From assembly GCA_001662655.1 (NCBI GenBank), contig KV460223.1: DNA of 64,000 nt; one strand, given 5' to 3'. Positions within the stretch are counted from its first letter, which is position 1. Each line of letters opens with the position of its first letter. This document shows, one piece after another, positions 36,001-48,321 of this stretch. The stretch comes from Pseudogymnoascus verrucosus. Its lineage: Eukaryota. The notes under the pieces were generated by a model that made no database searches, was not told the origin of the DNA, and was given only the letters and a program-made list of their open reading frames with translations. A program made the position numbers and the translations under genes.

Positions 36001-38069
36001 TATTGCAGGGACGCTAGGGACTCTGTGTCAGAGGATAAGAACTTTAATGCTATTAGTTAGCTGTGCATAGGAAGCTACTTTGGGGATTCAGGAAAGCTCA
36101 CCATAGCAGCCTCGAGATTGTCCAACGTCAAGGTCTCGTTGCTAAAAAGCACCCACTTTAGTAGCTCGTTCAGCTCGCGGATCTCGTCCAGCGTTAGAGA
36201 CCGCTGAAGTTTCTTGATGGCCGCTTCATGGCTACTCATCGAGTGGTCTAGCATGTGGTCTAGGTCTTCGACCGCAGTCCGTGTGCTTAGCAGGCGGATC
36301 ACGTCGTTCAGCCCAAACTGTAGCAGAGAATAGCTTCCGCTGACGTTCTGCGGCAGCTTCTCGATGATCTTGTCCCGCGCCCTTTGCTGGTCCGAGTCGG
36401 GCTTCGTGTGCTGAAGCACGCCCTCTTTGGCAAGCGCATTTTCGATCATGATGCGCATATCCGACCCGTTATGCTCCTCCATATTAATTCGCAGTGGACT
36501 TCTGCTCTCGACAACGTTCGTCTTAGTGTCGAACAGTTCATTTGTCCCGCTCAGAAGCACGCGTACCCGCCTAGACGAATCCCCAGCTATCTTAGGGCCA
36601 AAGACAAACGTTAGCAGCTCCTTAGCTTGCTCGTCGCGCAGGTTCTCAAGCCCGTCGAACACGAGATAGTACACGGCGCCTGACCCGAGCGACCCAATCT
36701 TCAGCTCCTCCCACAGCGTGTCTAGACTCTCAAGACTTGCCGAGCGGCGGAACGCGCCAGGCCCAGCTTCGCACGCTTTCCCAAGCTCTTTTTGAACAGT
36801 GACGTCGACGCGTGATATCTGGAACGCCATATACTTCAGAGCCGACTGCACAGGACTATTATCATCATCTGACTTCTTAATGCTAGCAGGAAAGAAGTAG
36901 TGCGCTACGTATATGCGTCCCTTTTGCTCCTCGAGGCGCTTCGTGATGAGAGCGCTAGCTGTGGTCTTGCCTGAGGACTGGGCCCCCGACAGAAGGAGAA
37001 TGTGCGAAGAGATATCCTTGTCCTTGTTAGGTGTTGTCCAAGCAGTGTAGGCAGGGTGCTCCCAGATCCAGGACCCTGTGTCCTTAACCCACTTGTTGGA
37101 GATGTTGGTGCACGTCTGCGTGGTGTTAGAGTCGAGGCGCACCTTTTCCGGCACGCCGAGTGTGTCGCGAATCTTAATGAGCGTCTTGATGCGAATGGCA
37201 TCGGCATTGAGGGATTGTACGCCTTTCTGCGTCTCCTGCGCCACCTGGTGCATCTCCTCATTCACCTTCCTGAAGACAATGAGATCCTCGAGGACCCTCG
37301 AAATATTGCGATGCGACTCAACCACCACAGCGAGAGTAACGGTCCCCTCAACAATGCGCTGCTGCTTTTGCGCCTGCTTAAACACAGCCATCTCGTCGCG
37401 TAGGCCTGAGTCGTCATCAAAGATAGACTTAACTTGCTGCAGGAGGCGGTTCCGCCTACTACCCTGGCGGTACTTGACAACGTGGGCGCAGAGCTTAACG
37501 AAGCTGATCATAACGAGATGGATCTTCTTGACAGGCCTAGGGTCGACATTTTCTATTGACGTGTAGATATGGAACTGGGAGAGTGCTGAAGACACTTCAC
37601 CAAAGACCTGCCCGATGGCGTCGTTGTACCCTTTGATGGCCTCGGGAATGTTAAACACGAAGTAGAGCGCGTGGCTAGTGATGTTAGCTACCGATTCAGG
37701 GATAGGGATCTAGAATTGTTAGCAGGCATCTAGCTATACGCGTGGAATCTAACATACAGTCGAAGCAGCAAGGGAAGCAGCCCCGACAAGCATCTTCAGG
37801 TACTTGAGTGACTCGAGTCCCACGCTCTTCGCCTTCTCCCACTTATCCTTTTGCTCTGCATCGATGCTGTATGATGGTGTAGTAGCTTCCTCAATCATCC
37901 TCTGCACATCATCAAACCCCTTCACGTCGCCTCTCTGCAGCGACTGGTGGCATATGGTCTCAAACGCCTTTTCTGCCGCGATCCACATTTCCGACATTTC
38001 CGACATTTCCTTAATCCCGTTGGGCGGGCTCCCCCCCGTTGGTGCGTTCGTTTCTAGTTGAGCCTTCAT
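32994..38069 (-). CDS. NLR-like STAND protein: Goodbye/NACHT_N-type N-terminal domain, NACHT NTPase, TPR-like helical region, C-terminal ZZ-type zinc finger; exons 38069-37758, 37709-36102, 36041-35241, 35153-32994
   Basis: Walker A LLSGAQSSGKT, Walker B YLVFDGLE, pre-NACHT TGSWIWEHPAYTAW, VAHYFF. TPR-like YQRAIEK..WLCHRGLG. Cys/His cluster CDG...C...YHCMYC...FCREC...C..KH. Three GT..AG introns restore one continuous frame. Confidence 0.8.
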
Positions 38070-39055
38070 CTTGCCCCTGGTCTACTAGAGATGGAATAGA
38101 GTATAACTCTATCTTAAGCTAGGAAGTAAGTGGAGCTCATTTTGCGTTAAATATATCGGAGGCGGTCCTATAAGAAGAAGAAAGTTGTCTTATTAGACAA
38201 GCCGGTTAGCTTAATATAGATGCATGAGGTGGATATGCACTGGCTTTAGGCTGTAGTAACATACCCTACATTTTAAAAAATAGCTCTACTAGATAGTGGT
38301 ACAGGATATATCGACTCGTTGCAACGTGAATCCCTACAATTCGATGAAGCACTACTGTCTCATGCAGCGGACGAATGCCCCTCGCCGTAAGACGACCACT
38401 CATACTTAACAGAGCATGGGCGAAGTCAATTAGGGCCGCCACGGGGCTGTGGGAAGGGAGTGGCTTCCCCTTTGGGGAAGTTGGGGGGTAAGACGAGGGT
38501 TCATGTAATTGTAGCTTTTGTGGAGCCAGTAGCGGGCGGGAGCGGGGGCAGGGGCCATCCCATCCATGGTGGCATAAGACTAAGCGCGTTGCAGCTAAGT
38601 CTGCCTCACGTTTTCACCTCTGACTAATGATAACTAGCCTCCACGTCTACTTTACGTTCACGCTCATGGTGTCGCTGTTAACTACAAATGAGCCAAGTCC
38701 TTGCGATAGCAACCTTGCAATGTTAGATATATAACAGTAAATTTGATTAGACTTATTTGAACTTGTGAAGACAATATTATTTAAATGGTAAAATTGGACT
38801 GGATGTTACAACCATAGCCCCTGTGCTACAGGCTGTCGCAATCGAGTATCTTCGTTTAATTGTGGTATTAGCAATAGTTTTAGTATCTTATCACGTAGCA
38901 AGACCAAACATCACTTCCTCTTGATGACAGAATCAACCGCCCCGTCAGAATAATACACTCATGGGCCAATAGCTTATCATATTCTAGTCAAGTAGCATCC
39001 CCAGCAGAAGCGCAGTTTACGCTGACGTTTGGTAACTAAACCTCCCAGGAGATAG

Positions 39056-41637
39056 CTACAAGCGCTCCAAGAAATATACATAGGCGAATTTCTTCACCTC
39101 CTCCATATTGTCCGCCTCGACAACCTTCTCATCGTTGAAGAGGACCCATGACTTGGCCTTCTCCTGTTCAAGCTGCCGCCTAATGAAGGCCACATAATGA
39201 CTACCGGATGTTAGCACGTACTATATTATAAGAATGGACTACCTCAGCTTACCCAGCGTGGATGCTGCCCCCCTTATGGCAGATAATCGACTGGAGCTCA
39301 AACCTAGCAGGCAAAGCGTCAGAACCAGGCGTCTCATTCGAGCGACCCGTATCCGCAGCCTGTCCACCCTCATCAGCATCGCCCTGGTCATCCGGGTGAC
39401 TAAAGAGCCAGTCAACAGCTCGCTCCATGTCGCCCCCAGTTTCCTTCAGAGCTTTACGGGCGTGATTTGGGCTGAACCCCATATTGCCAAGGTTTTCGAG
39501 TTTCTCCGCATCCACAGGGGCTGCTGGTCCAGCAGAGCTCGCAAGAACCAGCGGCTCGTCGATATCGGGGTCCTCCATATGAGCAAATAGCCATTCCATA
39601 GCTGCGTTCGCGTCAGTGTTGCCAGTCGCATGCAACGCCTTCTCGCAGCGAGCGGCGGGGAATCCCATCTGCTCCAGGTTTGCGAGAGCTTCTGGGTTTG
39701 CGGTGAAGGATGGTTGGGCGCTTGCTGCATCTTCCGGCATGAGCTCCTCCGTGTCTTGTTTCCCGAGCGACTTGTAGCTATCTAGGGTGATAGGATCATC
39801 GCCGACGATAACTGGGACGTCCACCTTCGTCGGCACCCAGTTTACGGCCATGATTCGCCGAGCGTTGACGGCTAGGACGGCGGGGAACGTTTTGAAAAGG
39901 GATCTTTTGGTAAAGCCGTCCTTGCTTCCACAGGAGACACAGGTTAATTCGACAACCTCCTCTGCAGTAAAGCTGTCCAGGCATTCCTTGAACGTGACAG
40001 GCTCGTATTCCCCTGCAGATGCAGATGGTTCTTCACCGGCTTTCCGCTCAATCTTTCGGACAGGAAGTGGGACCGAAATGTTATCCTGCTCTTCCGTGCT
40101 GTACCTAACTTTTTTACATGACAGGCATTGCAGTCGCTGCTCCATGACGAATCGGAATGCATCTGTTGGGTCGCCTAATGCGGGCGGATGCTGAGATCGA
40201 TTGATGAGCTTGAAGAGATGCAGCAGGAACTCAAAGGCATCCTGCTGGCGCATTGTTGAAAACTCGACGTGCCCACGACCAACTAGATGTTTCAGCATTG
40301 CTGGGGCGAGGCCTTTTTGACAAGGAATCTCTGCCGAGTACTCCGATGCAATGACGTCTGAATCGGGCTTTGAGTATCTGCCAGAGAGAAGGCCATCGGC
40401 GATCTTTCGCAATTGGGTCTCAAGGTCTTGTGCCGGCTCCTGAACTTGTGAGGGTGCTTCATTGGGGTGGAAGTATCGTTTTTGAAACTGAGGCAGCGAG
40501 AAGAGGCATTGGGCTGTACTGGCCAAATAGCAGCTGTTGCCAAGGTTCATGAGACCCGTTAGACCAGGTCCAAATAATGGCTTGAGCTCCTTGCCGTCCT
40601 CGGTGGTCATTGAAAATTCCCACCTAAGATTCTGCTCAATCTGCATTTCCGTGAGACTCTTTTCTGTCTTCTGGCGCTCAGCAAGAATGATGCCCCAGTG
40701 GGCTAGATGCTTCCCGAGATGCTCATCGACTCTCTCCTCGTCGCACTGGTAACAGTACACGTCGGCCGTGCCTTCAGGGGTGATTGATCCCAGCTTGACG
40801 GCAACAGCGTGGTGCGATGCATCGGCGTGTGCCAAGCCGTGAGACTGCCCGCCAACCCCGCCAAACTGGGATCGGCCACAACCCAAGTTCCCACACTGGA
40901 GACATAACCAAAGGTTTTCCTGCAAGTTGCACATTGAGCAGTGGCCAAGGTTTTGAGACTCGATCGCTCGTGCCGGTTCCTGGGCGAGCGTAAGGACATG
41001 CTCGCAAGACGTGATTTCCTGTTCCCATGCTTTGACTTCTTCTTGTCTAGAAAATGTGTTTGCCTTCATGACTCCACCGACAACCGATGCGATCAGGGCT
41101 GAAGTTGTATCCACATCAGCAATCCCGCATTCGTAGCAGCGAACAACCAAATGGGTATCAAAACGATCGGCTTCTGTTTCTGCGGTTATGGCGAGCTTCG
41201 ACATCTTTTGCCTGGGTTCATCTCGAACAATTACTCGCTTGGTCCGGCGGATGTTGAGAACGAGGGGGTGCTGTGACCTGGCATAATGGAGCTTGCTATG
41301 GTTCCTGTCGCCGGTGCACCCCCCATTGAAGCAATAGAGGCAAACATCTAGCCCCGTCGAGTCATCCTAGATGAGGATATTAACAACAAATCTTTGTGTT
41401 ATTCGAAGGTTGGCATATGCTTACAATAGAATCAAAGCACTGCGTGCAGTCTTCACGGTAGACAGCTTGATTTGGGCCTGGCGGGCGCAGCTCTGTTCGA
41501 TCCAGTTAGCAGGCTGGCAATAGTGACACTCGCAGGCAACAGATTAAGCCCATGAGATACCAAAATGGGCATAGAAAGTGGGCTGGATTGCGACTTGTCA
41601 TCAGCTTACCCAAAGATTCGAGATGTTTACACGCCAT
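39056..41637 (-). CDS. ubp14: Ubiquitin carboxyl-terminal hydrolase 14 (USP5/isopeptidase T orthologue); exons 41637-41610, 41492-41425, 41366-39253, 39200-39056
   Basis: N-terminal VYREDCTQCFD. Zf-UBP ENLWLCLQCGNLGCGR. Cys box GLMNLGNSCY, QQDAFEF. Two UBA domains (MGF...AMEWLF; MGFS...AVDWLF). His box HKGGSIHAGHY and WVLFNDEKV after splicing. Confidence 0.95.
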
Positions 41638-42189
41638 GTTGTCTTGTGCCTGGAGCGAGTGTATGGAGAAAGAACGAGGTTGTGGAAGATTACAGTATTG
41701 TGGCTTTCGGGATTCACAAGAACTTGAGACAATTAGACGTCCATAATAAAGTGTTTCGGGGTTTGTAGTGGATGATGAGCTTGGTGCTATCGAGGGGAGC
41801 TGTTGGTGTTGTCCAGACAAAGATGTCTAAACTTGAGCAAACATGACAAAATAGCGGGATGACGAAGAGGGGCGGGGTTGTAGCCTGGAGGTACTGTAGG
41901 TACTCCGGATTTGTAACTTTGTTATCTTTACTATGGGGGTAGGTTTATCAATGGGTGGGAGGGGTTGCTTACTGGACTCGTCACGTGCATCGGAATTTGC
42001 CACCCATGGCCGGTGATTTCATATTTCTGGATCTCCCGCGGATACCGTTTATCTGATCCTCCATCCTCTTACTCAATACCCACAGACCTCGAAATTCTAC
42101 GACCACCTACCTCATCATCAACCTCGATAAACGTTAAAACCTATACTATTTCGACTAAATTGATCTATTACACTACCGCGGGATCTAAG

Positions 42190-42848
42190 ATGTTTCAACG
42201 GGCTATCGCCACTGCTCCGCGGGCGGCCGCGAGGGCATTATCAACCCCGACCCGGGCATTTGGACCTTCTTCGGCACGGATTGCAACACCCGTCATCGCC
42301 AACCGCATCGCAAATGGCCGCAGACAATACCATGAGAAGGTGTTAGATCACTATTCTAGGCCGCGCAATGTTGGAAGCATGTCCAAGGCTGATACCGATG
42401 TCGGAACCGGACTTGTTGGCGCTCCAGCTTGTGGTGATGTGATGAAGCTCCAGATCCGCGTGGATCCCACCAACAACACCATTTCCGATGTGAAGTTCAA
42501 GACCTTCGGATGCGGTTCAGCAATCGCCTCATCATCATACTTGACGGAGTTGGTTCGGGGAATGACCCTGGAGGAGGCCGGAAGGGTGCGGAATACGGAG
42601 ATCGCCAAAGAATTATGTTTACCTCCAGTGAAACGTAAGTACTACCTCTACCATACTATACAGAACCCTTTGCTAATTATACTATAGTTCATTGCTCCAT
42701 GTTGGCGGAGGATGCAATCAAGTCGGCAATTTCAAACTACTACACTAAGAACCCGGCGTCCAAGGCTACTAATCTCGGTGGAACCGGCTCAAGCATGTCG
42801 AAGATTGATATGGAGACTGTGGCCCAGGGATCATCGGCGACCGCTTAG
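42190..42848 (+). CDS. isu1: Mitochondrial Fe-S cluster scaffold protein IscU/Isu1; exons 42190-42634, 42688-42848
   Basis: Arg/Ala-rich presequence; YHEKVLDHY, GLVGAPACGDVMKLQI, FKTFGCGSAIASSS, and LPPVK|LHCSMLAEDAI across intron 42635-42687. Confidence 0.97.
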
Positions 42849-43337
42849 GTGTGAGAATACTTGTCATGGAGAGTACGTGTGCGGCCATGGATGGATGGCA
42901 TGACGAGAGTTTTCAAAGTCGGGGAATCCACGGGGAATTCACGGGGAATTCGTATGTAAACGAAAAACAATTGGTAAGCAGAGCGACTTCTGCTTAATGG
43001 CGGGCTGGGTTCTATGAAAATTGGTACCCGGAAATAGTATTGGACCAGTTGAAAAGTGCCATGCGACTTAACTCTCCTCCTTGGATTATGTATATTTAGG
43101 GGTTCGATATTGCTCACTGTTCCAAATTGGGATTACTTAGTTTGAACGCAGGGCCGTTCTATGAAAAATAAATTCAGAACCTATTATAATTGATTAATCA
43201 CATGACTCGCTGACTGTACACGGCGAAAATTTGATCCGATCGGTGAAAGCCCAGAATATTTTTTGATTTAGTCTCGTTCCTAGCCGGAACTTTTGAGAAA
43301 CTTGATAGATTTGGCATATTTGCACAATCGCGCAATC

Positions 43338-45143
43338 ATGGTCAAGAGAGCTCTCGAAGATACCGAGGTCGCTGCTGCGTCCGCCGGAATACAGGCAACT
43401 GCACCGGCAAAAAAGAAGAGCCGTAAGGAAGCGAAATCAGGTGGCGCATCAGACAATGGAGCCGATGATACTGTAAAAGAGACCAAGGAAGAACGCAAGG
43501 AGAGGAAACGTCGCGAGAAGAAGGAGAAACTTGCTGTTGAGCAGGATGGCGATGAGTCTCCGGAAGATCTGGCTGCTCTGAAAAAAGAGAAGGCCGAGAA
43601 AAAGGCATTGAAGAAGGCAAAGAAGCTGGAAAAGGCTGAACCTGCCTCAGTTACGCCCCCGTCCACCGAGTCGACTACACCAGCGACTACACCAGCGACT
43701 ACACCAGCAGAGACTACCAGCACTGGCAGTTATACCCCGGCCGCTGATCTCGCAGCCCTTCCACAGTCCAAGGTCGACCAATTCTTGACTGATAACTTCA
43801 TTAACATCACCGACCCGACGTCGCAGCCCTTACTGAGACCCATTATCGACTTTGCCCACCTTCCAATTACCGACCCGAAACAACGCGCGCCCTTCAAGGA
43901 CTTCAAAAGCCCCACACCAATTCAATCGGCAGCATGGCCCTTCTTGTTGGCTGGCCGAGATGTCATTGGTGTTGCGGAGACCGGCTCAGGGAAGACAATG
44001 GCATTCGCCGTGCCATGTATCAGGCACATCAGCGAGCAGCCAAAGTTCAAGGGAGCCAAGGCTGTGGTTGTTTCGCCAACCCGTGAGCTTGCGATGCAGA
44101 GTTACGAGCAAATCAACAAGCTGGCTGCCTTGTCTGGCATGCAAGCCGTCTGTGTATACGGAGGTGTGGCAAAGGACGAGCAGCGAAGAGCGCTCAAGAC
44201 TGCCGACATTGTGGTCGCAACACCCGGTCGCCTGAACGATCTCATCCAGGAGGGGTCGGCGGATCTTAGCAAGGTCAGCTATGTCGTTCTGGACGAGGCA
44301 GACAGGATGTTGGATAAAGGTTTCGAAGAGGAGATTAGAAAGATCATCAATTCCGGCCGCCCATTGGGCAAGAGACAGACACTCATGTTCACCGCGACCT
44401 GGCCAGAATCTGTTCGCTCGCTGGCATCGACGTTCATGACGTCGCCAATTAAGATTGCTATCGGAGACAACCCCACGGGAGATCTCCGCGCGAATACCCG
44501 CATTGTCCAGAAGGTCGAGGTTGTCGACCCTCGCGGCAAGGAGTACCGCCTCCTGCAAATCCTGAAGGAGCACCAGAGCGGCAGCCAGAAGGACGATAGG
44601 ATTATCGTGTTCTGCCTCTACAAGAAGGAAGCAACCAGAGTCGAAGGTTTCCTCCGCTCAAAGGGCATTAGAGTTGCCGGTATCCACGGCGATCTGTCAC
44701 AAGAGCAGAGGACGAAGAGTCTTGACGCTTTCAAGAAGGGAACCACACCGGTACTTGTCGCCACCGACGTTGCTGCGAGAGGTTTGGATATCCCAGCGGT
44801 GAAGCTTGTCTTGAACTGCACGTTCCCCCTTACCGTGGAGGACTACGTCCACCGTATCGGTCGAACTGGAAGAGCTGGCAAGGAAGGATTGGCAATCACT
44901 CTGTTCACGGAGCATGATAAGGCACAGTCAGGAGCGTAAGTTTCTCTAATTGATACCCCATAATTTGACAAGTATCTAATGTGTCGCAGTCTAATAAATG
45001 TCCTCAAGGCTGCAAACCAGCCAGTCCCAGACGAATTACTTAAATTCGGCACGACTGTGAAGAAGAAGGGTCACGAGGCCTACGGTGCATTCTTCAAGGA
45101 TGTTGACACCTCAAAGGCAGCGACCAAGATCAAATTCGATTAA
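43338..45143 (+). CDS. dbp3: ATP-dependent DEAD-box RNA helicase Dbp3 (60S biogenesis); exons 43338-44935, 44990-45143
   Basis: Lys/Glu-rich N-terminus; [33 protein letters not shown]. Dbp3-type tail [22 protein letters not shown]...KIKFD after intron 44936-44989. Confidence 0.93.
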
Positions 45144-45163
45144 GGACCGTTACGATATTGGGA

Positions 45164-46949
45164 TCATGTTGGCGGCGTTCGGACTGAGCGGTAGCATTGC
45201 AAAAGGAACTTATGCTCGGACAGGACGCTTATTATGTTAGCGGGTATATGTTCAGTAGATTAGTGGGTTTACTTACAGAAGAATGAAGAAGCTACCTCCA
45301 ATTACAGTAGTGGTGATGAAGTTTTTGATGTCGCTGCCCTCTTGTGAGCTCTGGTGATAATATATCGCAATAGTCCCCATAGCAGCAGCAACCGTTGTTG
45401 CTGTTGGGAGTATCAGACCCAAGTTCAATTGACTGTTATGCCTGCGGAAAAAGCTGTTGATAAAATTATAACTCCATAGTATCCGAAACACCATGTTTGC
45501 CATATTTGCATAAACAAGACCTGTCGCGCCGAGGTCGAGTAGACGGAGGAAAACATAGCCAGTACTTGCGAATCCCACAGAAAATGCCAACATCCAAAGG
45601 GATTGCCTGTTCAGTTGAGATTCGGTCGCGACAACTGACACGAAAGCTTCCAAGACGCCATTGTATGCCAGAAGGGGTATGTAGTAACAGTACTTGGAAA
45701 GAACATCTCCTGCACCACTTGACGCCCATCTACTGCCAACAACGAACTTCAGAAGCAGGGGTGCCATGGTTGGTCCAACGGTCATTGCCGATATTGACAT
45801 GAGTGTGTATATCCGCAGTAACTTGTGCAGATCGTCTCTAGCAGATGATATTGTCCCACTCGAACGCTGGCCGTTGGTGGAGTAGAGAAGTTTGCCAAAA
45901 TAGTTCCTGCTGCTCTCTTCGATGGGTTGGAAGACCATGCGAGCAACAAGACCTCCATAATTTGATGCCAGAGCATATATTCCCTGAGCAGAAAGAGATG
46001 CTAGATACGATATCAAGAGCACATCTCCTTCTGTCAGAATATGTTTGACAACCCCTTGAACAAAAAGGCTCGCCCCGAGCGTCACCAGTGGTTTTGAGAA
46101 ATATGACATGATGTAAGTTTCATTACTACTAGTTATTGTAAGTAAAAGCCCAGTGCAATAACCACAGCCAACTTACCTCGGCGCTATCGGTCTCGCAAGT
46201 AATGAAAATTTGTCTGCAGCTGATATAGCTGAGACTCGCCAGAGATAACATAAAAGTATTGACAAGCCATACGTCCATTGACCAAGTGCGAAGGGAAACA
46301 CACCCAGATCCAAGCCAGTCTTGGAAGCGAAGATGATGGAAGCGCATGTCACGACGCAGCGAAGTAACGCTCCAATAGACTCAGCAAATGCCCGCGTCTT
46401 GTATTCGGACTTCTGCTGGACAACAACAAAGCACGGTTCGGCCAGCAGCTCAAAGACTGCTGCGATCGCATAGAGCTGGAGGGTTTCTTTGAAGTAGAGG
46501 GTGCCAAGAACCTTGGGGTTGGAGCGCAGAGAACGCACGTATGCCCAGGCCAGTCCCCACGCAAAGAAGATCCCCAAGCATATTGAAACGTAGGCCAGAT
46601 TCACAAGCGCCTGTGTCTTTTCTATGGCCAGCTTCCTCTTTCGTTCTGACTTTTCTCCATCCTGTATAGATTTGTCTGCCTCCCCAGGACCTTCAGAAAC
46701 CTCGGATTGACGTTGTATTGCTACTCGTAGGGACTCTCGGGCGAAAAACAGTACCGATATCAGGTACACCTCGAACTGAGTCGATATCCCTAGCAAGTCT
46801 GGAGATATGAATCGGAGGAGAATCTGGTTGGCGGCAAACGTCAATGCCCGTGAACCTATCTGTAATGCGATGAGGAATGTCGCGCCATGAGCAGATTTTT
46901 CGAGAAGAGACTGTTGCTTCGTAGAGCTAGCCGTCCCTGTCGCGTCCAT
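45164..46949 (-). CDS. rft1: Man5GlcNAc2-PP-dolichol translocation protein Rft1; exons 46949-46177, 46128-45277, 45227-45164
   Basis: GATFLIALQIGSRALTF..NQ, LFFARESLRVA, QGVVKHILTEGD, QGIYALASNYGGLVARMVFQPIEESSR, YIPLLAYNGVLEAF. Multi-TM protein with canonical introns. Confidence 0.93.
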
Positions 46950-47047
46950 ACCTGTCGATTGACTGTGAATAGGGAAGCTGGCTGGAGGTTTGGGCGGCGG
47001 ACGGAGCGGAATTTAATTAGTCCGAAATATTTATAGCGCTCTCCAGG

Positions 47048-48055
47048 TTAAACCCCAAGAAACCCGGCCTTTCCACCCCTCTTGTCTTTTTTTAATGGTG
47101 AAAACGCAGCATTAGCAATACCCGCACCGCTTTTGCGAAGGAAAGCAAGGTTTCCTCCAGGTTTAGCCAGAGCCGGGGCAAGGGATATCCTTGCTGGTCG
47201 CTTGTCTGCCTCGTTATAGTCTTCGTCAAATATCGTCTTTGCCGCCCCGAAGACCTTGCGCTTCTTCTTCTTGGGTTCTGCTTCGTCAGGGATTATGGGC
47301 GCTGGAGCTCCTGATGACTTCTTGCGGACGTTGTGCTCTAGTTCATCCGGGATTATTGGCGCGGGAGCCCCAGATGACTTCTTGCGGACGTTGCGCTTTG
47401 TTTCGTCAGGGATTATTGGCGCTGGACCTCCTAGTGATTGTTTGTGGATGCTGCGCTCGCTCTCGATGGCTAGCTGTCGAGTGTTCCGTTCCTTCTCGAG
47501 GGCAAGTTTCTTTGCGCTCCGTTCCTTCTCGAGTGCAAGTTGCCGGGTGATTCGCTCGGTCTCGGCGGTAAGTTTTTCAATGCTTCGCTCTTTCTCGAGG
47601 AGAAGTTGAGAGTTTCGCTCGTTCTCTATGGAAAGTTGAGTATTTCGCTCTTTCTCGAGGAGAAGTTCTGTGTTTTGGTCGTTGTCGACAGGAAGTTGTG
47701 TGTTTCGCTCGTTTTCTTTGGCAAGTTGGGCGTTTCGCTCGTTTTCTTTGGCAAGTTGGGCGTTTCGCTCGTTCTCTTTGGCAAGTTGAGTGTTTCGCTC
47801 GCTCTCCATGGCTACTTGTCGCTGGAGTTCGTCGTTATCATCTTGAAGCAGGAGGATTTGAAGTTGAAGGCGCCTCGAGTTTTCGTCCTTGGCGATGCTC
47901 TCCTGTTTTAGCAGGCTATTAGAATATTCCAATTCCATGCACTGCGATGTTGACATGTGCTATAAATTCGTTAGTAAACCCGAATAAACCCCACCCTGTG
48001 CATTAGAACGCACCTCGATAGTAGTCGAATCTTCGAACATCAAAGATGAATCCAT
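47048..48055 (-). CDS. Coiled-coil protein with internal tandem repeats and a C-terminal KKKKRK / TIFDED / FSPLKKDKR tail (possibly monopolin Mde4/Lrs4-like); exons 48055-48014, 47959-47048
   Basis: A 302-aa ORF plus a 14-codon first exon joined by the GTGCGT..CTAAC..TAG intron 48013-47960. N-terminal KDENSRRLQLQILLLQDDNDEL coiled coil; 10/11-aa and 21-aa repeats. The family assignment is from memory and tentative. Confidence 0.6.
47270..47430 (-). repeat. 63-nt coding tandem repeat (GAPAPIIPDExxxNVRKKSSG) x~2.5-3
   Basis: gggattat(g/t)ggcgc and gatgacttcttgcggacgttg recur at a 63-nt period. Confidence 0.85.
47480..47805 (-). repeat. 30/33-nt coding tandem repeats (ERNxQLAKEN / EKERNxQL) x~10
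   Basis: Near-identical units gtttcgctcgttttctttggcaagttgggc on the plus strand. Confidence 0.85.
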
Positions 48056-48133
48056 GGTATGCATAAGTATAGCTCGAATAGCTGTAAGTATTAACTAGAC
48101 ATAAAGATGCGATACTCCGGTAAAGTTGGTATC

Positions 48134-48183
48134 TATTTACTTGATCATGGATAGATACCTGCAATCGCGTCAACTGTAAACAA
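48134..48183. promoter_or_regulatory. Two forkhead/FLEX sites (GTAAATA on - at 48134-48140; GTAAACAA on + at 48176-48183) flanking an MCB-like TCGCGT (48165-48170)
   Basis: Exact motif matches clustered in 50 bp, 80-130 bp upstream of the coiled-coil gene ATG, inside a 266-bp divergent promoter. Confidence 0.4.
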
Positions 48184-48321
48184 CGCTATCGATACCCCTG
48201 TTAGCTTACTCGAAGCTTACATAAGCTTGGTTTGAGGACAACGAGTAGCTGTGATGCCAGCTCAACTACAAGTGTCGTACGCAATCGTAGCTCTTCAATT
48301 GAACGACACGATTTCTTCACG

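Noticed and set aside
37758..38069. Amyloid signalling motif or adjacent HeLo/gasdermin effector for the NLR
   Set aside because: The N-terminus lacks G/N/Q-rich pseudo-repeats, and the neighbours are ubp14 and a conserved membrane protein, not recognisable effectors.
32400..38900. Starship or other large mobile element carrying the NLR
   Set aside because: No tyrosine-recombinase captain gene, and no terminal repeats or TSD could be identified around the island.
41965..42189. 75-codon AUG-less in-frame extension upstream of isu1
   Set aside because: It overlaps the short divergent promoter, would mask the mitochondrial presequence, and this length can arise by chance.
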